This document shows positions 12,625 to 24,600 of a DNA stretch of 49,500 nucleotides, piece after piece. The number at the start of each line of letters is the position of its first letter. Position 1 is the first letter of the stretch. The stretch covers positions 14,893,206 to 14,942,705 of the forward strand of contig NC_057720.1 in NCBI RefSeq assembly GCF_004010195.1, read 5' to 3'. The notes beneath the pieces were generated by a model that ran no database searches, had not been told where the DNA came from, and saw nothing but the letters and a program-made list of their open reading frames with translations. The stretch comes from Chiloscyllium plagiosum. Lineage: Eukaryota. Position numbers and translations under genes: made by a program.

Positions 12625-12980
12625 ATCTACACCCCACATCAGGACTGCGGGAGTGCTGCCTCTCAGATAACCCACACATGAGACTTAAAGCAACATCTCT
12701 CTATGTTCTCAGGTAGATTTAAATGCTCCAATGTCACCTTGTTGAGGAAAGGCATGGGAATTCTCCACAGTGTCCTGCACAATATTTATTCATCAACCAA
12801 CTTCACTAAGGACAGATTGTGTGAGCATAATGGCATTACTATTTCTGGGAGCTTGCTGATGCAAATTAACTTCCACAATTCCATTATTACAACACTTCAA
12901 GAAATGCTTGATTGGCTGTTTTAGGTCACCCTCCTCCCCCCAATGATATGAAAGGCCCAATATAAATCCCAATCTTTCTT
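12625..12980 (+). mobile_element. Old DeuSINE-like element (SacSINE1/AmnSINE-type core)
   Basis: gtgtcctgcacaatatttattcatcaaccaac...acagatt...gggagcttgctg...attggctgt and a tail ending tataaat..aatctttctt match the recalled Deu-domain consensus. Confidence 0.6.
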
Positions 12981-14489
12981 TTTCTATACATTTGAAATTT
13001 GAGAGAAGAATGGAATTTTACTCAAAGTTTTTGGTGCAATTTGTCTACACCAGTCAAACGCATTTACAGTACATTAATTTAACACTTTTTTATGACTACA
13101 GTCATTATAGTTCCAATTGTAAGTCAGAGGCTAGGAATTCTATAGCGTGTAACTCATTGCCTGATCAAAGCCTCAGCAAAAGTATACTGTTCACCATCTA
13201 AAGGCACCATCTACAAGAGTATGATTGGATGCCTGGGTGAGTGCAGCTCCAACAACATTCAAGAAGCTTGACAGCATTAAAGACAAAGCAACCCATTCAA
13301 CTGACACCTTATCCATCATCTTCAACACTTAAGCCATCCACTACCAATGTAAAGTGGCAGCAGTGTGCACCATCTACAAAATGCACTGCAATAACACACA
13401 AATCCTGAGTGAGTTGGACAACACTTTCCAACCCACTATCTCCACCACCTAGCAAAACAAGGGCAGTAGGTGCATGGAAACAAAACCAACTGCAGGTTCC
13501 TCCCTGAGCCACAAACCATTCTGAAGTGGAATTTTATTATTATTCCATCACTGTTAAAATCTGAGACTCCTGCCTAGGTACTGTGCGTGTACCTCACTGC
13601 ACGGAGTCCAGCGATTCAAGGAGGAGACTCGCCATCACCTTCTCCAGGACAATTAGAGGATAAGAAACAAAATGCTGCTCTTGACCAAGTGAGAGTAAAT
13701 TGGATAGAGGAGCATTTTTGCTGTCAAATAGCAACTCGGACATCAAAATCTTATTATGGTAATTTGTGAAACTGAATTCATTAAATTTGTTTATGTGTAA
13801 GCTGACATTAAAAAAAAAACATGCAAACTGCCAAATTGCCATAAACCCCACATAGTTACAATGGTGACCTTTACGGAATGGAATCTGTCTGTCTCACATA
13901 CGGCTCCAGACTCACTCTGTGTCATTGACTCATCTCATTCTCTGAAATAGTTTGGAAAGTCCCACAGTTCAACAGTATGTAGGGAAGGGCCAACTCTGAT
14001 GTCCCAAGGACAAATAGCATTTGAAAATAACTGCTTTTGTGTTTGGCAGAGTGTACACATAATAACATTGGAAAACTGAAATTTTCTTCATTCATCTCTT
14101 CATTAGGGCTCTCATCCAAATTGAATACCATCTTACAGTGATTCTTGAAGAGATTTTATCTTCATGACAAGCAAAGTTATAATATCTTGATTTACACAAC
14201 GTCCTTTCATTAATGGCAGCTGTTTCCCATCAGATAATGTCAATCCAGTTTAGTTTTAAACGTACACTCACAGAATCAATGCCATCAGTTCATAGTGCCC
14301 TTTCTATATGAACGGTGGTGACATTGCAAACATGGGCAGATGGTCAAACTTACATTTAATGCATTAATCTGGAGTTGACAGCTAATCTAATGGTGATCAT
14401 GAAACTGACGTTGATTACAATAAAACCCCTCTGGTTCACTAGTGGCATTTTGGGAACAAAATCTGTTGTCCTTACCTTGTCTGATCTTT

Positions 14490-14587
14490 GCTGAAAGTGT
14501 GTTGCTGGAAAAGCGCAGCAGGCCAGGCAGCATCCAGGGAACAGGAGAATCGACGTTTCGGGCATAAGCCCTTCTTCAGGCATAAGC
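14490..14587 (-). mobile_element. 98 bp Penelope mini-insertion (hammerhead core + tail), 15 bp TSD
   Basis: TSD CCTTGTCTGATCTTT at 14475-14489 and 14588-14602; core CTGAAGAAGGGCTTATGCCCGAAACGTC on minus strand at 14552-14579. Confidence 0.9.
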
Positions 14588-15614
14588 CCTTGTCTGATCT
14601 TTATGTGACTCGAAGCCTGCAGTAATATGTCTGATTCTTAACTATCCTCTGAACTAGCTCAGCAAGCCACTTTGTTCAAGAGTAAATAATGACCTTGCCA
14701 GGGACACCCACATCCCATGAAAAAATACATTTTCTACACAAGCCCCAGTTACAGCCACTTGCTATAGCCAGGTTCATAGAGTCATGGAGGTCTACAGAAC
14801 ATAAAAAGGCCTAACAGGTCAGTGCCAGTTAAAAACAGCCACCAAACTATCCAACCATAAAATTTGACTTTGTGCAATACTGTGCCTTCATGGTTTTGAT
14901 CAATACTATCTGAGGATTTTAGCTGCCTCAAGTCTTATTCTGATGTAGAGGATTCTTGCAGCACTCTGTTAAAGGCCTTGACTGATTTCTCAACTCATTT
15001 TAAAAGCATGCTTTCTGTTAGGTTCCTGTGTTTCTCAGCATCATTCCCTTCTCCTCAGCTCTGCCCAAGTTAGGCAACCAGGATAGATCACTCATATTGA
15101 CTGTGGAAGTCACTGCCTGTCACAGATTCACACATAATTCCTGGATCAGATGAAGTATGGTGATCATTCGAAGTCAGGAGTGGAAGTCTGTGGTTAATGG
15201 CAAGAAGTCAAAAAAAAAAGAAAAGCAAAGAATTCTACGAGACTTGTTCCATCACTGGATGTGCAATAGAGCAGAACTCCCTGCTACCTGACTGTATAAT
15301 AGGGTAGCTCCCAGCAACATTGATGAAATTATTGTTGTGTCTGTCCTATGCTGGCATTAGAGTTATGGACCAGGCCAATCCTTTGGGGAGCTAAAGATTT
15401 CCAGTAATATTGAAACAAATAATGCAGATATTGGAAATCTAAAATAAGAACAAATAATATGCAGCTTCTCGAAGGAAAGTTCCATCGAGCTGAAACTTTA
15501 ACTCTGTTTCTCTTCACAGGAACTTCCTGATACACAGACTTTTTCTAGCTTTGTGTGTCCTTATAATTGAAATACTCTTGCAATTGGTGTACTTTTGCTA
15601 TCATTTCAATTTCG

Positions 15615-15937
15615 TGGAATCCCTACAGTGCGGAAATAGGCCATTTGGCCCAACAGGTCCACACTGACCATCCGAAAGTGGCCCACCCAGACCCATTCCC
15701 CTGACTAATGCACGTAACCTACACATCCCTGAACACCATGGGCAATTTAGCTCCACCAATTCACTTAGCCTGCATAACTTTGGATTGTGGGAGGAAACCG
15801 GAGCACCCAGAGGAAACCCACGCAGACACCAGGAGAATGTGCAAACCCCACACAGAAAGTCACCCGAGGCTGGAATTGAGCCCGGGTCCCTAACGCTGTG
15901 AGGCAGCAGTGCTGACCACTGAGCCACTGTGCCGCCC
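15615..15937 (-). mobile_element. Full-length HE1-like V-SINE
   Basis: Head ggggcggcacagtggctcagtgg, B-box, V-domain core and tail. Confidence 0.85.
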
Positions 15938-16836
15938 CAGTGGATTTATCTGAGGTCAATTACTATCTGGATGCACAGGATTGAGAGCAGAAGTAGGCCA
16001 TTCAGCCCCTTGAACCTGTTCTATCATTCGATAAGGTCAGGACTGATCTAATTATAGTGTCACTCTACTCTCCTGTCTGCCCTTGTCCCTCACCACCACC
16101 ATAATGCTTGTTTATCAAAAGGTCTACCTAACTCAGTCTTTAATAACTTCAATTACTCAACTTCCACTGACCCTCCGAGATAAAAATTCTCAAACTATGT
16201 CTGATCACAGAGATCTTTTGTTCTTAAACTCTGCCCATAATTCTTATTTGCCTCACAAGGGGAGACATCTTCCAAACACCCACCCTATCCAGTCCCTTTA
16301 GGATTTTATGGTTTACTTCTAATTATCTAAATGTCAATTGGTGTAGGACCCCACCCATTCAACATTACTTCATAAAATAAACTCCTTCATCGCTGAACTT
16401 CCTCTGAACTGTTTCTGGTATAATTGTATCTTTTTCATGTAAGGAGGCCAAAACTGTACACAACACTCTAGATGTTGTCTCAGTCAGATGTTATACAGCT
16501 ACAAACAAACTCTCCCACTTCTATATTCCATTTCCCTTGCAACCAATATCAATTTCATATTCCTTCCTAATTGCTTGCTGATCCTGCATACTAATGCTTG
16601 CTGTACACGGGGTTGTGGTTAGTTTGCAATGCAGAGGGATGCCCCCAGTGTGATTCAAATCCTGCACCAGTTGAGGTAATCACGAGGACTCTCCTTCTCA
16701 ATGTCTCCCATTGCCTGAGGTGTGGTAAGATCACCACACGAAATGGCAACACCATAGGAAATGACATCACCAGTCCAAAGAAACCCAAACATATAAATAG
16801 AAAACAGGATTCAGCAGCAGTGCTTTGCCCAGAGGC

Positions 16837-16876
16837 CCACTGAAGATGTTACCTAGTAGGGTGACGAAACGTTTGG
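16837..16876 (+). ncRNA. Hammerhead motif, second family (6 bp stem II, GUU triplet), in a probable Penelope 3' end at ~16730-16950
   Basis: CCA-CTGAAGA-T-GTTACC-TAGTAG-GGTGAC-GAAAC-GTT-TGG. Confidence 0.72.
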
Positions 16877-16989
16877 AAATGAACCTTCCAGCTCAGTGAC
16901 CAAACCTGCATCCAGAATGCCAACCTGAGCTACAAATCTTCTCAAAACTTAATCTATATATAACACATTGCAGACTCTCTACTCCTCTT

Positions 16990-17115
16990 TCCTGAAGAAG
17001 GGCTTATGCCCGAAACGTCGATTCTCCTGTTCCTTGGATGCTGCCTGACCTGCTGCGCTTTTCCAGCAACACATTTTCAGCTCTGATCTCCAGCATCTGC
17101 AGCCCTCACTTTCTC
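16990..17115 (+). mobile_element. 126 bp Penelope mini-insertion starting at the hammerhead core, 15 bp TSD
   Basis: TSD CTCTCTACTCCTCTT at 16975-16989 and 17116-17130; core at 16992-17019. Confidence 0.9.
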
Positions 17116-17571
17116 CTCTCTACTCCTCTTGACAACTTCCATTTGTATCTGCCTTGGTGTCATTGGAAAATGTAGCTCCCATACATTAAGTCTCTTCATT
17201 CAAGTCATAGACAGAGATTGTAAATAATTAAGGAGCCGACACTGATCCCTGTGGCGCCCAACCAGTTTCAGCTTGTCAATGTGAAAAGACCCATTTATCC
17301 CTCCTGTCCACTTCTTGTTATCCATGCCAATGTGTTACCCCTTATCCTTTTTGTTCTTACCTTGTATGGTAACCCATGATGTTGCATCTTACAAAATGCC
17401 TTTTGGAAACCTAAGTACATCACATCTATAGATTCCACTTTGTTCAACACTAGAAGTTCCTCTTTCTCTACCTTGCTTGTTACTGATTCAAAATACTGTT
17501 TATACATTAGAATTGTGCTTCAATCTCCTTAATAATCAGTTCTAGAAATTATGCTATCAGTATTAGATTAA

Positions 17572-17880
17572 CTGCTGCTTCACAACGCCAGGGATCTGGG
17601 ATCAATTCTAGCTTCAGGAGACCATCTGTGTAGTGTTTGCACATTCTCCCTGTGTCTGTGTGGGTTTCCTCTGGGTGCTCCAGTTTCCTTCTATAGTCCA
17701 AAACTATGCAGGTTAGGTGGATTGTCCATAGTGTCCAAGGGTGTGTAGGCTAGGTGGATTAGTTATGGGAAATGCAAGGTAATGGAGATGGGTTGCGGGG
17801 TGAATCTGCGGGGATGCTCTTTGTAGGGTCAGTGTGGACTTTATGGGCTGAATGGCCTGCTCCCAAACTATATGGATTCT
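17572..17880 (+). mobile_element. HE1-like V-SINE, diverged
   Basis: V-domain core at 17625-17700. Confidence 0.8.
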
Positions 17881-18308
17881 AATTTCTGATTTCTGGAATG
17901 AACGTGTTACATTTTCTATTTTCCAATCTGTTAGAAATTTTGGATCAATATAACCAATGCTTCTACTATCTCTGTCATAATTTCTTTAATGATTATTAGT
18001 TGCAAGCCAGGGATTTGTCAGACTTCAGGTTTAGTAATCTTCCCAGGACCTTTGGCCCCTTGATTTTTGGGAATCTTTTGGAAGTTTTCTCAATTTTCTA
18101 CAATGAAGGCAGTCAAAATACATAGTCAACGCTCAACCATTTCTTGGTATTTCATTATCAATTCCCCATGTTCACTCTGTATTGGACTAACACTAGCTTT
18201 AGGATGGACGTTGCCTCAATGCATGTGTAGTGATTGGAACCAGATGGATCTTATTGACTGATTGGGTTGTTGACCTGGGCCACTCAGGGAGCCCTGGCTG
18301 ACAGATAT

Positions 18309-19943
18309 TAAACAGGAGACTAAAAAAAAATTAAAAAAAGAAAGAAAAAAAAAAGAAAAGAAAAAAAAAAGAAAAAAATTAAACAGGAGGCGCATTGCCC
18401 TTTGATGTGAAGGGCAGTGTTTTCACTGGCCACCCGGGTGTTTTCCTATCTTCCTGGTGGTGGAATTTGAATAAAGATTCGTGCACTTTGTGTCTTTCAC
18501 TGTGTCTCACACCTGCACACACACACCATGGGTGCTAGGGAAAAAATAAGCACTACCGCACTTAGGTGGTAGTGTGGGGGTTAATATTTTAAAAAAATTT
18601 TAAAAATATAATCAGGAGAGGAGAATTGCCCTTTGATGTGAAGGGCAGTGCTTGTCACTGGATAAAAAAAAAATTAAACAGGAGACGCATTGCCCTTTGA
18701 TGTGAAGGGCACTGCTTGTCACTGGCCACCTGGGTGTTTTCCTATCTCCCTGGTAGTGGAAATTGAATAAATATTCGTGCATTTTGTGTCTCTCACTGTG
18801 TCTCACACCTGCACACACACACCATGGGTGCTGGAGAAAAAAAAGCACTACCGCAGTTAGGCGGTAGTGTGGGGACTAAGAAAAAAATATATATAACCAG
18901 GAGTTGTTTTGTGAAAAAAAAGAAAAAAAAATAAAAAGAAAAAAAAATAAACAGGAGACGCATTGCCCTTTGATGTGAAGGGCACTGCTTGTCACTGGCC
19001 ACCTGGGTGTTTTCCTATCTTCCTGGTGGTGGAAATTGAATAAATATTCGTGCATTTTGTGTCTCTCACTGTGTCTCACACCTGCACACACACACCATGG
19101 GTGCTGGAGAAAAAAAAAAGCACTACCGCAGTTAGGCGGTAGTGTGGGGATTAAGAAAAAAATATATATAACCAGGAGTTGTTTTGTGAAAAAAAAAGAA
19201 AAAAAAAGAAAAAGAAAAAAAAATAAACAGGAGACGCATTGCCCTTTGATGTGAAGGGCACTGCTTGTCACAGGCCACTCGGGTGTTTTCTCTCTTCCTG
19301 GTGGTGCAAATTTGAATAAAGATTTGTGCACCTTGAGTCTCTCACCGTGTCTCACACCTGCACACATACAACATGGGTGAAAAAAAAATAAACAGGAAAC
19401 AACCTTCTTCCCTATTTTTGGTTGCACTTCAGTCCGAAGCTCCTGATCTTCGGGCATCCAGTACGGAGGAGAGAGGGCAGGTCTGAAGACCTCCTCGTGG
19501 GTCTGCTCCTGGGCCTGGCCAAACTGGCCATAAACAGGTCCAGGCAGCGGGCCGTGGAGGGGGTCGTTATGGCCGACTGCCTGCCCCTCTTCTCCGGTTA
19601 CGTTAGAGCCCATGTGTCTCTGGATAAGGAGCATGCGGTGGCCACCAACACCCTGGAGTTGTTCAGGGAGAGGTGGGCGCCACAGGGAGTGGAGTGCATT
19701 ATTTCCCCCTCCAACTCTATTTTGATTTAGTCCCTACCCTCCCCTTCACTGTTTTGATCACAAAGCATTGCCCTTTGATGTGAAGGGCAGTGCTTGTCTC
19801 TGGCCACCCGGATATTTTCCTATCTTCCTGGTGGTGGAAATTGAATAAAGATTTGTGCACTTTGTGTCTTTCACTGTGTTTCCCACCTGCACAATAAAAA
19901 AGAAAAAAAAGTTTAAAAATTTTTTTTTAAAAATAAACAGGAG
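18309..19943 (+). mobile_element. Tandem stack of Tx1-clade LINE 3' ends with A-rich tails
   Basis: Repeated 3'UTR unit gcattgccctttgatgtgaagggca...aataaa...poly(A), identical in type to the UTR following the ORF2 end at 19730; TAAACAGGAG-like 10-mer at every junction. Confidence 0.85.
19404..19730 (+). pseudogene. C-terminus of Tx1-type ORF2
   Basis: FWLHFSPKLLIFGHPV...DLLVGLLLGLAKLAINRSR...F.ERWA resembles the recalled C-terminus of Xenopus Tx1 ORF2. Confidence 0.75.
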
Positions 19944-20341
19944 TTTCAAAATCTCCTGACTTCAGCGACTGACTCTGAGCTGGCTTGCTACTGTGCACAT
20001 ATAAATAATGGCTGACTTGGTGATGGGATACCAGCCTCTGTGCTGTTATTCCAGGATATAAATATTGCTCTGCATGAGTAAGAATTGTCTTTGGTTTTTG
20101 CAACTGCAGGCAATGTCAAATTCCACTGTTTGATTTTATTGATACTCAAAGACTGTGCAGAGCTGATTTAGTATCTCTGAATATAGATAAAGTTTTTTTG
20201 TGAATAAAGCATAATTTTTCAATAAAAAATGCAAGCATTTGATGATGAGCTATCAGGTGTGCATGTTCTCCAAGATTTGATGAAAGGACAATAGACTGAA
20301 TGCTGTGTGAGTTGCTGATTGCTGTGGTTCCTTTTATGATG

Positions 20342-20556
20342 AGAAAGTGAGGTCTGCAGATGCTGGAGATCAGAGCTGGAAATGTGTTGCTGGAAAAGCG
20401 CAGCAGGTCAGGCAGCATCCAGGGAACAAGAGAATCGACATTTCGGGCATAAGCCCTTCTTCATTCCTGAAGAAGGGCTTATGCCCGAAATGTCGATTCT
20501 CCTGTTCCCTGGATGCTGCCTGACCTGCTGCGCTTTTCCAGCAACACATTTCCAGC
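20342..20556. mobile_element. Near-perfect palindromic Penelope mini-insertion with two head-to-head hammerhead motifs, 14 bp TSD
   Basis: TSD TTCCTTTTATGATG at 20328-20341 and 20557-20570; arms 20374-20463 and 20468-20557. Confidence 0.92.
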
Positions 20557-20728
20557 TTCCTTTTATGATGCAAGGGGGAACCCTGTCAGATATATGCAAG
20601 GCAGTATGGCTGTGGTGCCAGTAGTGCTATACCAGTAGCTGCATTTAAGTGACAGATACTGATTGGCTTGGCATTCCTATACAATACTGCTGTGCGACAT
20701 TGCTCTGAAGTGACTACTTTACAATGCT

Positions 20729-20806
20729 GAAAATGTGTTGCTGGAAAAGCGCAGCAGGTCAGGCAGCATCCAGGGAACAGGAGAATCGACGTTTCAGGCA
20801 TAAGTC
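20729..20806 (-). mobile_element. 78 bp Penelope mini-insertion truncated in hammerhead stem II, 15 bp TSD
   Basis: TSD CTACTTTACAATGCT at 20714-20728 and 20807-20821. Confidence 0.88.
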
Positions 20807-20851
20807 CTACTTTACAATGCTAACTCACATAGGACCATGAAGCCTTCGAAT

Positions 20852-21515
20852 GATAGAATCCCTACAGTGTGGAAACAGGCCATTTAGCCCATCAAGTCCA
20901 CACTGACCCTCCAAAGAGCACCTCATCCAAACTCACTACCCATCACCCCCCACCTTATCCCCATAACCCTGCGTTTCCCATGGCCAATCCACCTAACCTG
21001 CCCTTCTTTGGACTGTGGGAGAAAACCAAAGCACCTGGAGGAAACACAAGCAGACACTGGGAGAATGTGCAAGTACCACACAGACTGTTGCCCGAAGGTG
21101 GGATCAAACCGGGGTCCCTGGAGCTGTGAGGCAGCAGTGCCAAGCACTGAGCCACTGAGTGAGTTGCAGAGTGTAGTAGGTCAGCCAACTTCACTTAGAA
21201 TCCCGACAGAATCCCTACAGTGTAGTAACAGGCCCTTCGGCCCAAGTCCACACCTCCGAAGACCCATACCCCTACCCTATTATCCTATACTTACCCCTGA
21301 CAAATGCACCAAACCTACCCATCCCTGAACACTATGGGCAATTTAGCGTGGCCAATTCACCTAACCTGCACATCTTTGGATTGTGGGAAGAAACTGGAAC
21401 ACCCGGAGGAAACCCACACAGACACGGGGAGAATGTACAAACTCCACACAGTGACCCACGGATGGAATCCTGGCACTGTGAGGCAGCAGTGCTAACCACT
21501 CCACCACCATGCCAC
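20852..21515 (-). mobile_element. Two tandem HE1-like V-SINEs (about 20852-21158 and 21196-21515)
   Basis: Two V-domain cores, each with a tRNA-like head and tail. Confidence 0.85.
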
Positions 21516-21689
21516 CCCTTTATTTGGCATTAGAACAGGTTCAGAACTTCCTGCCCATTGAATTGTCATTTTAGCTTTCCAGGTATATGCAATCAAGTCA
21601 TAGAGCCTTGGATGATCTTAAAAGAATACAATCACATGGGAAAACCAATCTACCCCTTTTTAGCAGTCTCCAGAATTAATCTGTTCAAG

Positions 21690-24600
21690 ACCTGTTCAAG
21701 AGGAACAGGTTGCACCTGAACTGGAGGGGGACTAATATCTTGGCAACCAGGTTTGCTGGTGCTGCAAGGGAGGGTTTAAACTGGACTGCAAGGGAAGTAG
21801 GATCCTCAACAGCAGGGAGGCAGCTCTGAGGCTCAAAGGAGGTACCTTAATCATAAATAGTAAAGTGAAAAGACAGGTCAGGCTGGAACATGACAAGGTG
21901 CAAGGAATGCCCATTGAATTAAATTGAATCTGTTTCAATGCACGAGGGCTGACAGATAAGGCCAATGAACTGAGGGTGTGGATAGGTACATGGGATTGGG
22001 ATACTATACCCATTACAGAAACATGGTTAAAGGAGGGACAGGACTGGCAGCTTAATGTGCCAAGGTACAAGTGCATTAAGTGGGTCAGAGGTGGTGGAAA
22101 GAAGGGAGGAGGAGTTGCATTTTTGAGTAAGGCGAGTACCACAGCAGTAATCAGTGATGAAATAACAGGAATCATCCTGTGAGGCTTTGGGGGCAGAGCT
22201 AAGAAATAAAAAGGGGATAGTGACATTAATGGAGTTGCACTATAGACCCTCAATGGGAATTACAGGACAAATATGTAGGGAGACTGGGGAGACTTGCGGG
22301 CACTATAGGGTTGTCATAGTAGGGGATTTTAATTTTAGTAACACAGACTGGGATTGCCAGAACGTTAAGGGCTTAAATGGGGTGGAATTTGTTAAGTACA
22401 TTCAGGAAAGTTTCCTCAAGCAGTATATAGAGGGTCCTACTCGGAAAGGGCAAAACTCGACCTACTCTTGGGAAATAGCGCAGGATGGATGACTGAGGTG
22501 ACAGTGGGGGAGCACTTTGGGACCATGACAATAGTTATATTAATTTTAAAATAGTTATGGAGAGGGACAAAACTGGTCCATAGGTTCAAGTGTTAAATTG
22601 GGGTAAGGTGAGTTTTGATGGAATTAGGCAGGAGCTTGCAGAGGATGAACGGAGTGGTTTGTTTTCAGGCAAAGGGACCTCCGGCAAACGGGACACCTTT
22701 AAAACTGAGTTAGGTAGAGTCCAAGGTCTATATGTTCCTGTGAGGGTGAAAGGCAAAATTGGCAGGAATAGGGAATCCTGGATGACAAGAGATATTGAAA
22801 CTTCGGCCAGAAAAAAGGAGGAGGTATGGCTCAGGTACGAGCAGCTGGGATCAAGGGAATCTCTGGAGGTATACAGGAGTTTACTGAAGAAGGAAATCAG
22901 GAGGGCAAAAAGGGGGCACGAGATAGCCTTGGCTGAGAAGATTAGGGTGAATCCAAAGAGGTACTTTATGTATATCAGAGGAAAAAGAATAACTAGAGAG
23001 AAAATAGGGCCCCTTAAGGACTAAAGTGGCTATGTATGTGTAGAGCCACAGGAGATAGACAAGGTTCTCAATGAATATTTCTCCTCTGTGTTTACCATGG
23101 AGAAAGGCATGATGACTAAGGAAGTTGGGGAAGTTAGTGGTGATATCTTGGGTAAAAACAATGACTGCAGATGCTGGAAACCAGATTCTGGATCAGTGGT
23201 GCTGGAAGAGCACAGCAGTTCAGGCAGCATCCGAGGAGCAGTAAAATCGACGTTTCGGGCAAAAGTCCTTCATCAGGAATAAAGGCAGAGAGCCTGAAGC
23301 GTGGAGAGATAAGCTAGAGGAGGTGATATATTGGGGACAGTCCATATCACAGTAGAGGAGGTGTTGGATGTATTAGAATGCATAAAGGTGGATAAATCTC
23401 TTGGTCCTGACCAGATATATCCAAGAACACTGCAAGAGGCTTGAGAAAAAATTATGGGGCCCTGGCTGATATTTTTGCATCATCACTAGCCATGGGTGAG
23501 GTCCTGGAAGGCTGGAGGGTAGCGAATGTGCCATTATTCAAAAATGGCTGCAAAGAAAAGCCTGGGAACTATAGATCAGTAAGTTTAACATCTGTGGTGG
23601 GTAAATTAGATTAGATTAGATTACGTAGATTACTTACAGTGTGGAAACAGGCATTTCGGCCCAACAAGTCCACAAGAAAAGCCTGGGAACTATAGATCAG
23701 TAAGTTTAACATCTGTGGTGGGTAAATTAGATTAGATTAGATTAGATTATTAGATTACGTAGATTACTTACAGTGTGGAAACAGGCGTTTCGGCCCAACA
23801 AGTCCACACCGACCCGCCGAAGCGTATACCACCCAGACCCATACTCCTACGTAGTAGGAAATCATGCCTTACAAACTTGTTAGGGTTCACTGATTAAGTG
23901 ACCAGGAAGGTTGACAAGGGCAGGGCAGTAGACATAGTCTATATGGATTTCAGTAAGGCCTTTGGTAAGGTTCCACATGGTAGGCTGCACTGAAGGTTAG
24001 ATCACATGGAATCCAGGGGGAGCTGGCAAATTGATACAAAATTGGCTTGATGATAGGAGGCAGAGGATAATAGTGGAAGGATGCTTGTCAGAATGGAGGC
24101 CTGTGACTAGTGGAGTGCCTCAGGGTCAATGCTGGGTCCATTACTGCTTGTTATCTATATCAATGATTTGGATGAGAATGTACAAGGCATGATTAGTAAT
24201 TTTGTAGATGACACTAAAACAGGCAGTACCGTGGACAGTGAGGAAGGTTATCAGAAATTGCAGCAGGAACTTGATCAGCTGGGGACGTGGGCCAAAAAAA
24301 TGGCAAATGGAGTTTAACGTAGATAAGTGTGAGGTTGCATTTTGTAAAGTCAAATCAAGCTAGGAGTTCATGGTGAATGGTAGGGCCTAAAGGAGTGGGG
24401 TGGAACATAGGGATTTTGGAGTTCAGGTGCACAGTTCTCTGAAAGTAGAGTCAGCAGGACAGTGAAGAAGGCTTTCGGCACACTGGCCTTCATCAGTCAG
24501 GGCACTGAATATAGAAGTTGGGAAGTTATGTTGCAATTATACAGGATGTTGGTGAAGGCTGCACTTGGAATATTGTGTTCAGTTTGGTCACCTTGCTACA

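Larger units (their letters stand above)
15985..17480 (-). mobile_element. Highly degenerate CR1 with nested Penelope-derived pieces (16730-17115)
   Basis: D..YL.FQKAF motif near 17400-17430 and a CR1-type 3' tail near 15990. Confidence 0.55.
18226..20053 (+). mobile_element. Probable solo LTR (about 18226-18318 joined to 19944-20053), split by the Tx1 array
   Basis: TGTAGTG start, TTATTCCA end, CCAAT-type ATTGG boxes, TATA-like GATATTAAA and a poly(A)-signal-like AATAAT in LTR order; about 200 bp once the array is removed. Flanking TSD not clearly preserved (GCATG vs GGATA). Confidence 0.55.

Noticed and set aside
18876..19634. 252 aa minus-strand ORF
   Set aside because: Antisense reading of the repeat array; Phe runs come from poly(A).
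18309..19943. CRISPR-like repeat/spacer appearance
   Set aside because: The intervening segments are homologous LINE 3' ends with A-tails, the repeat is only 10 bp, there are no cas genes and the context is vertebrate.
20342..20556. MITE or DNA transposon interpretation of the palindromes
   Set aside because: The arms are the 3' end of RT-encoding Penelope elements, are asymmetric in length, and have variable 12-15 bp TSDs.
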